The translations under genes were made by a program, and so were the position numbers. Below the pieces are notes generated by a model. That model searched no databases and had not been told where the DNA came from. It saw nothing but the letters and a program-made list of their open reading frames with translations. Below, in pieces: positions 19,612-26,617 of a stretch of 32,000 bases of DNA (position 1 is the first letter of the stretch; the number at the start of each line of letters is the position of its first letter). This DNA comes from Erysipelotrichaceae bacterium (GTDB taxonomy: Bacteria; Bacillota_I; Bacilli_A; Erysipelotrichales; Erysipelotrichaceae): NCBI GenBank assembly GCA_963663995.1, contig OY760660.1, forward strand, positions 1,260,001-1,292,000, written 5' to 3'.

Positions 19612-20418
19612 CTAAACTCTTCTTACAATTTGGCATTTGTTCAATTTAGAAAGTGCAAAAGAAATAATATGCAATATTTGTAAGCAATCATCTTCATTAT
19701 CGTAACTATATATTTTAGGTTTATGTGATCGAGGATTTCTAAATAAATTCCCAATTGATAATAATAACTGACGATATCCTGTGAATTCATCAATTTCAGA
19801 TTGATTTTTCATTGATGAAAAAACTAGCATTGGAGACTTATCGTTAAATGCTTCATATACAAGACTATTGGAATCAGTTGTTAGACCAGTTAATTTTCTT
19901 ATTTCATCATACAGGGATTTGGATGATTCTAAGATAATATTAAAATAATCTTCATGAATTATATCAGGTTTACAAAAATCAATTATTTTAGGATGAATAT
20001 TTAAATTCTCAAGTTTAACTTTGAATAACTGTGTATCAATCATTGCCTCACGCAATGTAGTTGCCTTTTTAGTAACTACGCATTTACCGGACTCATTAAT
20101 TGTTATTCCATCAAAAGCAAGAATTGTATTAAGAGTTAATCTAAGTTGAATAAAATCATCATGTCTACCAATGAAATTAACTGGGTTAATATAATATTCA
20201 ATTAAAGCGATTATATGATTAGCACAGTCAAATTTTTGTTGATAAAGAGTAAATTGTTTTTCAATTCTTCTCCACTTAGTTGTACGCTCTACATCGTCTT
20301 GTGTTGGGAAATTAACATTTCTAAATTGTTTTGTTAAATTATATCCTGTAGTTAATTCACCAAAGATTTTACTTATTGCTTCTAAAGTGTTAGGTCCAAA
20401 ACATTCTATTTTTGCCAT
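19612..20418 (-). CDS. Ymh/TIGR02391-family protein (HEPN-like, RNPRSH motif) with an unknown N-terminal domain
   Basis: The C-terminal ~120 aa match my recollection of the TIGR02391 layout: SLYDEIRKLTG...LVYEAF...EFTGYRQLLLSIGNLFRNPRSHKP...CLQILHIISFALSKL, including R-x4-H. The ATG at 20418 is preferred because GGGTGGGA lies 6 nt upstream; the ORF track starts at the GTG at 20430. Confidence 0.8.
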   Translation of the reverse strand: MAKIECFGPNTLEAISKIFGELTTGYNLTKQFRNVNFPTQDDVERTTKWRRIEKQFTLYQQKFDCANHIIALIEYYINPVNFIGRHDDFIQLRLTLNTILAFDGITINESGKCVVTKKATTLREAMIDTQLFKVKLENLNIHPKIIDFCKPDIIHEDYFNIILESSKSLYDEIRKLTGLTTDSNSLVYEAFNDKSPMLVFSSMKNQSEIDEFTGYRQLLLSIGNLFRNPRSHKPKIYSYDNEDDCLQILHIISFALSKLNKCQIVRRV

Positions 20419-20525
20419 TAATTTTCCCACCCATTTTCTACTTTCAAATATAACATCTAATAAGTTAAATTTCTAATTGCTTAGATTGTGTAATAATAAT
20501 ATCAATGATTAATTGGTGAGGGAAT

Positions 20526-20882
20526 ATGAAACAAAATTCTGAAACACAAATTCAAAAATGGAACGAAACATTAATTGAAATTATTGAGAGGATTGATTGG
20601 TATTACTTTGAGCTTGATGCCAATTCACAAAAAATATTGGATAATAAAGATTATAGAAATCATCCAATTTCAACATCTATGGCACAACTAAGAATATTTT
20701 CCTTTGAACTTAGCGATGAGGTTAATAAGGATATTTTGAAAGAAATTCTAAAACTAGTCTATAAGTATGATAAGTACAAAATCTATAGTATGGAAACAAT
20801 TATTGAGGATATTATGAATTTATATATTACAGATTTATCTATGTTAATAAATCAAATATATGATCATATGTTAAGTAAATAA
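20526..20882 (+). CDS. Hypothetical 118-aa protein, first gene of a two-gene operon
   Basis: Good SD (GGTGAGGG). No recognisable motif; probably helical. Its stop lies 13 nt before the next gene's ATG. Confidence 0.6.
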   Translation: MKQNSETQIQKWNETLIEIIERIDWYYFELDANSQKILDNKDYRNHPISTSMAQLRIFSFELSDEVNKDILKEILKLVYKYDKYKIYSMETIIEDIMNLYITDLSMLINQIYDHMLSK

Positions 20883-20895
20883 ATGGTAATTGAAA

Positions 20896-21828
20896 ATGAG
20901 TGAAAGAAAATGTTTAGTTTGTGGATCTTCAGAATGTAAAATAACTGAGAATCCTGGCTATAAAAGCATAGTGAACTGTAAACATGGGTTCAAATACATT
21001 GTTTTTGATGAAGTGTTTGAACAGCAGGATGACATTCTAATCAAGTGTAGTAGTTTGATTTTAGAAAAGTTATTACAAAATAGAAACGAAATGCTTATCT
21101 TTTACTATGACAAAGAAAAAAATGAAGACTTAGGAATTAATTTATATAATCTAATAATTAATTATCCAAAGAATATTTCTCAAAAAATAGATAGAATTCT
21201 TTTAAATTTAACTAACAGGCACCCAATCTATGGATATATGTTTAGAACGGATGATTTGGATGACAAATTATTATTCCCTGAAACAAATCAATATCTTGAG
21301 TATGATGGAATTCTAAATATGCTCATCGATTTAAAATATCTAACAAGAGATAATAGAGATGAATATTTTATTATTACATCTAAAGCGTGGGAAAGAGTTG
21401 AGAGTTTACAAAAATCAGCACAAACAACTAACACTGCTTTTCTTGCTATATCATTTGGATCTGAGTCTGAGACCATAATAAAATCGATAAGGAAAGCTGT
21501 CACAAGTTGTGGTTATGATTTTATGATTATTAGTGAGAAAGAGCATAATAATCAGATAGTTCCAGAAATACTATATGAGATAAGTAAAAGTAAATTCGTT
21601 GTTGTCGATATAACACATGGTAATTTTGGAGCTTATTATGAAGCGGGTTATGCGCATGGAATCGGTAAAGAAGTAATTGTGTGCTGCAATAAAGGCAATT
21701 TCCAAAGTGATGATAAAGAAAAACACCCACACTTTGATATATCGCAGAAGAACATGGTTTTATGGGATGATCTCTTAGACTTAGAAGAAAGACTAGTCAA
21801 GAGAATTCAATCAACCGTGGAGGAATAG
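20896..21828 (+). CDS. Zn-ribbon + wHTH-like + nucleoside 2-deoxyribosyltransferase/DNPH1-like (SLOG/TIR-related Rossmannoid) domain protein
   Basis: N-terminal C8-x2-C11...C30-x-H32 (numbering from the TTG at 20890). The C-terminal 182-295 reads AFLAISFG...SKFVVVDITHGNFGAYYEAGYAHGIGKEVIVCC...HFDI, matching the NDT-family core (D/T.G..[FY]E.GyA...gK.vi). An alternative TTG start is at 20890. Confidence 0.65.
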   Translation: MSERKCLVCGSSECKITENPGYKSIVNCKHGFKYIVFDEVFEQQDDILIKCSSLILEKLLQNRNEMLIFYYDKEKNEDLGINLYNLIINYPKNISQKIDRILLNLTNRHPIYGYMFRTDDLDDKLLFPETNQYLEYDGILNMLIDLKYLTRDNRDEYFIITSKAWERVESLQKSAQTTNTAFLAISFGSESETIIKSIRKAVTSCGYDFMIISEKEHNNQIVPEILYEISKSKFVVVDITHGNFGAYYEAGYAHGIGKEVIVCCNKGNFQSDDKEKHPHFDISQKNMVLWDDLLDLEERLVKRIQSTVEE

Positions 21829-21935
21829 TTTAAGTAGATATTTCATTATAACAATTAGTCAAGTCTCCACTAATTTACTTACTACTAATTTATTTATATC
21901 GCTCGAATTAATTTCTTTGTATTTAATTTTTTGCT

Positions 21936-21943
21936 AATCATTA
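21936..21943. repeat. 8-bp target-site duplication AATCATTA of the IS256-family element (second copy at 24750-24757)
   Basis: Identical 8-mers directly abut the reconstructed element ends. Confidence 0.8.
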
Positions 21944-22061
21944 GAGAGTATAAAATATTTTGTGTAAACGTCTCTAAGTAGAAGAGACGGTGTTCTTTGA
22001 AAGAGTGGGAAGCACTCATGTAAAATGTAGTTGTTCAGAAAACAATTACAGGAGACTTCCC

Positions 22062-23252
22062 ATGTCAAATTTTAGCACAGATTTAATGAGCGCATTTCTT
22101 AAAGGTGAAAGTATCGAAGAAGTGATGCGAATCGAACTTGAGAAAGCTGTTAATGAGTTATTACAGTTAGAGTTAACCAGTTATCTAGACTATGATAAAT
22201 ATGATCCCATTGGTTATAACACAGGTAACTCAAGAAATGGAACTTACACACGTCAACTCAAAACACGCTTTGGAGAAATCAGTGTAGAAATACCACGAGA
22301 TCGTAATGGAGAATTCAAGCAGCACACAGTTCCCAGTTATAAGCGAAGCACCGATGATTTAGAATCCATGATTATTCAGATGTATCAACGTGGGATAACG
22401 ACATCTGAGATATCAGAACTCATTGAACGCATGTTTGGAATGTATTACACACCGCAAACGATATCGAATATGACGCAAGTTCTAAGTGATCAAGTTGAAG
22501 CGTTTCATACCCGTCAAATTCAGTCTCGATATGTCAGTTTATATCTGGATGCGACTTACTTAAGCGTAAGACGAGATCGTGTCTCTAAAGAAGCTTTACA
22601 CATCATTGTCGGGATTACAGAGGAAGGCATCAAAGAGATTCTAGATTATCGTCTATATCCTTCAGAATCCTCTGAGAACTATCGAGAAATGCTTGAAGAC
22701 TTAAAGTCACGAGGATTAGAAGAAGCACTCATATGTGTCAGTGATGGGTTAACTGGGCTAAGAGATGTTTGTTTAGAAGTATTCCCACAAACTCAACATC
22801 AAAGTTGTTGGGTACATCTATCAAGACGCGTAGGTCATTTAGTTAGAGCTAAAGACAAAGGGATTGTGTTGAATGATTTGAAGGATGTTTATCAAGCTAA
22901 AACAAAGAATGAAGCTTTGATTAATTTAGAAGTTTTTAGAACCAAATATGAAAGACATTATCCTAAAGCCGTTCAAGTCCTAAGCAATACTGAATCACTT
23001 CTAAGCTTCTATAACTTCCCACAATCCATTCAAAGAAGTATTTACACAACTAACTTGATTGAAAATCTAAACAAACAACTCAAACGTCAAACGAAGAAAA
23101 AAGAACAGTTTCCCAATGAAGAATCTTTAGACAGATTCATCTGTAGTCTGTTCTTGAATATGAATCAAAAGTTCCAAAGTAGAATCCACAAAGGATTCAA
23201 TAAATCTGAATACGAATTAGAAAAACATTTCGACAAAACATTTTACGAGTAA
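22062..23252 (+). CDS. IS256-family (Transposase_mut/MULE) transposase
   Basis: The 396-aa layout and blocks resemble IS256 transposases (YLDYDKYD...NSRNGTY, LYLDATYLSVRR, ISDGLTGL, TTNLIENLNKQLKRQTKKKEQFPN). AGGAG lies 7 nt before the ATG at 22062; the GTG at 21990 would read through the IRL. Confidence 0.9.
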   Translation: MSNFSTDLMSAFLKGESIEEVMRIELEKAVNELLQLELTSYLDYDKYDPIGYNTGNSRNGTYTRQLKTRFGEISVEIPRDRNGEFKQHTVPSYKRSTDDLESMIIQMYQRGITTSEISELIERMFGMYYTPQTISNMTQVLSDQVEAFHTRQIQSRYVSLYLDATYLSVRRDRVSKEALHIIVGITEEGIKEILDYRLYPSESSENYREMLEDLKSRGLEEALICVSDGLTGLRDVCLEVFPQTQHQSCWVHLSRRVGHLVRAKDKGIVLNDLKDVYQAKTKNEALINLEVFRTKYERHYPKAVQVLSNTESLLSFYNFPQSIQRSIYTTNLIENLNKQLKRQTKKKEQFPNEESLDRFICSLFLNMNQKFQSRIHKGFNKSEYELEKHFDKTFYE

Positions 23253-23287
23253 ATTCCTTTAGAGTTTACACAAAATTCTTTACACTA

Positions 23288-24744
23288 GGGCGTGCGGACA
23301 TAAAGTTGGACAAAGAGGAGAAATATGCCAACTTATTCAAAACAACAAGTTAAAATAGCTTTAGAACTTTATAGAGAAGAAAGAAGCGCAACACAAGTCG
23401 TGAGGAAATTAGGTTATCCCACAAAAGCTACTATTTACCTTTGGTTAAGTCGTGAAAAAACAAACTCTAATAATCAGATTAAAAATACAGACTCTTATTC
23501 ATATCTAAAACGGAAAACGATTTCACCAGAACTTAAAATAAAAATCATTAAACGATGTTTTGAGGATGGGGAAGATGTTAGATATGTGGCAGAGGAGATG
23601 GGAGTTAGTCGACAAAGCATTCATAATTGGCGTAGAATAATTGAAACCAAAGGATTAATTGGACTAATGAATAAAGATAAGCAGAAGATTATCAAACCAA
23701 ATCTCACAGAAAACAAAGAAATAAAACAAGCGAATACAGAAGAAATCAATTCACTTTTAAATGAAATCAAATCATTAAAAATGGAAGTAGATCTTCTTAA
23801 AGAGGCATTAGATTTAATAAAAAAAGATAAAGGCATTGGTTATCTAAAACTAAAAAATAGTGAAAAAATCCAGTTAATCAATGCCTTAAAAAAAGAATAT
23901 CCATTGAAAGATTTACTAGAACGATTGAACATTCCAAAAAGTTCATATCATTATCATCTAAAGAAATTAAAAAGTCGTGATAAGTATGAAAATTTGTGTT
24001 TAAAAATAAAAGAAATTTATGAATTAAACCGTTGTGTATATGGTTATCGAAGAATAAAGATTAGTCTAAACAATCAAGGAGTCATTGTTTCTGAGAAGGT
24101 TATACGTCGTCTTATGAAACAGATGGAACTAAACCCAAAGTACAAAAAGAAAACAAGAAAGTATAGCTCATATCAGGGTGAAATATCAGAAGCTCCAGAC
24201 AACATTATTAATCGAGATTTCAAATCTGATTATCCAAATCAAAAATGGCTCACAGATATAACTGAATTCGCGTTATCAAATGAAAAAGTATACCTCTCTT
24301 CAATCGTTGACTGTTTTGATGGGAAGATTATTTCTTGGAATACGAGCACTCGTCCTGACGCACAACTAGCTAATGAATCACTAATAGATGCATGTAAGAC
24401 ATTAAAGAAGTCTGATAATGTGATACTTCATTCTGATCGTGGTGGACACTATCGATGGAGTAACTGGATAAATATCACCAAAGAACACAATATTATTCGA
24501 TCTATGTCTAAGAAAGGTTGTACGGGTGATAACGCTGCTTGCGAAGGTGTATTTGGTCATATAAAAAATGAATGTTTTTATGGATTAGATTTTAGAGATT
24601 TTAACGCCGAAGAATTTATTGAATATTTAAATAATTATCTAGTGTGGTTTAATGAAACTAGAATTAAAATAAAATTTGCATGTAGTATTAATGAAAATCG
24701 ACAAAAATACGGTTATTAAAGTCCAACTTTATGTCCGCACGCCC
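23288..24744 (+). mobile_element. IS3-family insertion sequence, 1457 bp, perfect 24-bp terminal inverted repeats, 3-bp TSD CTA
   Basis: GGGCGTGCGGACATAAAGTTGGAC at 23288-23311 equals the reverse complement of 24721-24744. CTA is at 23285-23287 and at 24745-24747. Confidence 0.9.
23325..24719 (+). CDS. IS3-family transposase, OrfA-OrfB fused in a single frame
   Basis: N-terminal HTH regions, then a heptad Leu region, then the DDE/rve core (WLTDITEF, HSDRGGHY, GDNAACEGVFGHIKNE). An A7G run sits at the usual OrfA/OrfB junction (23819-23826). Confidence 0.9.
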   Translation: MPTYSKQQVKIALELYREERSATQVVRKLGYPTKATIYLWLSREKTNSNNQIKNTDSYSYLKRKTISPELKIKIIKRCFEDGEDVRYVAEEMGVSRQSIHNWRRIIETKGLIGLMNKDKQKIIKPNLTENKEIKQANTEEINSLLNEIKSLKMEVDLLKEALDLIKKDKGIGYLKLKNSEKIQLINALKKEYPLKDLLERLNIPKSSYHYHLKKLKSRDKYENLCLKIKEIYELNRCVYGYRRIKISLNNQGVIVSEKVIRRLMKQMELNPKYKKKTRKYSSYQGEISEAPDNIINRDFKSDYPNQKWLTDITEFALSNEKVYLSSIVDCFDGKIISWNTSTRPDAQLANESLIDACKTLKKSDNVILHSDRGGHYRWSNWINITKEHNIIRSMSKKGCTGDNAACEGVFGHIKNECFYGLDFRDFNAEEFIEYLNNYLVWFNETRIKIKFACSINENRQKYGY

Positions 24745-24817
24745 CTACCAATCATTAAAAGAAATATATACATTTATTTAATGTATAAGATAACTATTTC
24801 TCTCATGCTTATAATAT

Positions 24818-25144
24818 CTATTCTTCCTCAACACTTACTAAAAATAATTGTTGATCAAACTTACCATTCTTAATAGCTTTAACTGCTTGAGCCATATTTA
24901 CTTCAGATGAAGTAATAAGATACTTCTCTTTTATCTTGTCCATGACTTCTTGTAGATCTGCTAACTCTTGTATCATTGAAGCTTTATCTTGAGCTTGAAC
25001 TGCTTCACGTGCTTCTTCTACGAGTTTTTCTTTTAGTGCTACTAAAAAGGTTTCATCATCTAAGCTTATGAATTCAGCATGTTTACCATCTTTATTAATG
25101 ATTGCAGGTATATTATCTCTTACTAATTTTTTATAGATTTTCAT
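24818..25144 (-). CDS. MazG-like all-alpha NTP pyrophosphohydrolase (PRA-PH-like small family)
   Basis: MKIYKKLVRDNIPAII N-terminus is typical of this family. Metal-binding motifs EEAREA and ELADLQE are present. The ATG at 25144 is preferred, 1 nt after the upstream TAA. Confidence 0.75.
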   Translation of the reverse strand: MKIYKKLVRDNIPAIINKDGKHAEFISLDDETFLVALKEKLVEEAREAVQAQDKASMIQELADLQEVMDKIKEKYLITSSEVNMAQAVKAIKNGKFDQQLFLVSVEEE

Positions 25145-25145
25145 A

Positions 25146-25562
25146 TTAAATTTCATACTCACTACTAATTCTCAAATAAATTCTTTGTTCTTTTGTTGAA
25201 TTGATTTCATCATAAACAAAAATGCCGATAAAACGATAACCATCCATTGTATTTTGGTCTTTTACAAACGTTACTCTAGTATGTTTAGATTGTTTTTTTA
25301 ATTTAGTTATTTCTTTCGAGTCATCTCTAGTTTCAATTATAACTTTTCCATTATCAGAAATTATGTTTATCCAACCATGATTTGATGGTGATACAAATAC
25401 ACCATTTTCTTTATAAGCCAATTGTGGACACCATGCATACAAATTACCTTTAATTGGAAAATAACCGTGTTGCATAGCTTTGACATCTTTACCAAGCGTA
25501 TTAGCTATATCTACAATTAGTCTATATCTTTCAACATCATTAATCGTTAACTTTTCTTTCAC
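25146..25562 (-). CDS. Hypothetical 138-aa protein (GTG start), middle gene of the operon
   Basis: GGAGGA SD lies 9 nt upstream of the GTG. No family recognised. The pattern looks beta-rich (YFPIKGNLYAWCPQL, GWINIISDNGKVIIE, RVTFVKD, YRFIGIFVYDE). Confidence 0.6.
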   Translation of the reverse strand: MKEKLTINDVERYRLIVDIANTLGKDVKAMQHGYFPIKGNLYAWCPQLAYKENGVFVSPSNHGWINIISDNGKVIIETRDDSKEITKLKKQSKHTRVTFVKDQNTMDGYRFIGIFVYDEINSTKEQRIYLRISSEYEI

Positions 25563-25585
25563 TTAATAAATATCCTCCAATTAAA

Positions 25586-26455
25586 TCAAAATACTCCTAT
25601 AATTTTCCAAACAGTACTTTCTTTTTTTCTAAATGTATTTTTCGTACCAAATCCAAGTTTTGAAATTTCAGCAAATAAATCGGCATTTATTCCAAAATCA
25701 TCATTATATTCTAGTAATAAATGAAAATTTCTAAGATCATGGTTCAATCTACCTTCACCAACACTTTGCCATGTAGGTTCATGATGATACCATGCCAAGT
25801 TGTCAGGTAATTTCAAAGATTCATTATTTATATATTCAGCGTTATAAATTAACTTCTTATCTTTAAGTAATTTAACATTTATCTTGGTCTTTGCTTTTTT
25901 CTCAGCATCTAGCTCATTTATTGAATTGAAATCCCACCCAGAAATATATTCTACATTTATTTTCTTCGCACCAAGGTTTGTTAACAATAGGATTAGTTCT
26001 GAAAACTTATGTTCAAATGCTTTCTTATGAAACTCGTTTATTGGATAATACGTACCTATCAAAGTTGGATGTGCAACATACAATTCATTTTCTCTTGGAT
26101 GACCTATTGGAAATTTTAAATCTAATGAATCAGTGAACGAAATATAATTAACATTTACTCGCTTTGCTAACTCTCTTTGCTTTTTTATAGAGTTTAATAC
26201 CACATCTATCACTGCTATACCTATTCCAGCTGCTAACGGGACAACACCAAAACCTCTTATACTAATAACGCCAGCTATTATCGATCTCCACAAATTATCG
26301 TTGGAATCCTCATTTTTATCATTATCTTTTTCTTTTGACTTAATTTCTGATTCAAATATTTTTTCTTCTGCTAACAATTTCGTTTCGATAATCTCATCTT
26401 TTTCTACGACTAGAAACTGTCTTAAAGAATACGGTTTATCTATTAAATTTCCCAT
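25586..26455 (-). CDS. Membrane-anchored hypothetical protein (acidic N-tail, hydrophobic segment res 56-89, ~200-aa C-terminal domain)
   Basis: 289-aa ORF with AAGGA 7 nt before the ATG. The hydrophobic stretch is WRSIIAGVISIRGFGVVPLAAGIGIAVIDVVLNSI. The C-terminal domain (LAWYHHEPTWQ, FHLLLEYNDDFGI) is not recognised. Confidence 0.6.
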   Translation of the reverse strand: MGNLIDKPYSLRQFLVVEKDEIIETKLLAEEKIFESEIKSKEKDNDKNEDSNDNLWRSIIAGVISIRGFGVVPLAAGIGIAVIDVVLNSIKKQRELAKRVNVNYISFTDSLDLKFPIGHPRENELYVAHPTLIGTYYPINEFHKKAFEHKFSELILLLTNLGAKKINVEYISGWDFNSINELDAEKKAKTKINVKLLKDKKLIYNAEYINNESLKLPDNLAWYHHEPTWQSVGEGRLNHDLRNFHLLLEYNDDFGINADLFAEISKLGFGTKNTFRKKESTVWKIIGVF

Positions 26456-26533
26456 TTCCCATTCCTTTTTAAATTCAATTGATTTCTACTCATAATTATA
26501 ACCTATCATTGATTACTATTTTTTAATAAGTAA

Positions 26534-26546
26534 GTTGATAATCAAC
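26534..26546. repeat. 13-bp palindrome GTTGAT-A-ATCAAC upstream of the three-gene operon
   Basis: Read directly, 79-91 nt upstream of the 289-aa gene start. Possible operator. Confidence 0.3.
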
Positions 26547-26617
26547 AACATAATTCGCAACATGAATAAAAGAATTTTTCCCATTGCGAACACTATTTGA
26601 TATTCACTATCAATCCG

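Larger units (their letters stand above)
21944..24749 (+). mobile_element. IS256-family insertion sequence (about 1346 bp of its own sequence) interrupted 2-5 bp from its right tip by an IS3-family element
   Basis: IRL is GAGAGTATAAAATATTTTGTGTAAAC (21944-21969). The IRR, reconstructed from 23264-23287 plus 24748-24749, has reverse complement GGTAGTGTAAAGAATTTTGTGTAAAC, 21/26 identical. It is flanked by the 8-bp TSD. Confidence 0.8.

Noticed and set aside
21990-22061. GTG-initiated 24-codon extension of the IS256-family transposase.
   Set aside because: It would begin only about 20 bp downstream of the left inverted repeat (21944-21969). AGGAG lies 7 nt before the ATG at 22062, and family homology starts there.
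24676-24873. 65-aa ORF crossing the IS3 right end, the TSDs and the 3' end of the MazG-like gene.
   Set aside because: It spans three unrelated sequence units (IS end, target duplication, antisense of a real gene), so it is not a plausible gene.
26553-26600. Inverted repeat TTCGCAA...TTGCGAA downstream of the TGase-like gene, considered as a terminator.
   Set aside because: It has only 7-bp arms, a ~23-nt loop and no clear U-tract, which is too weak to call.
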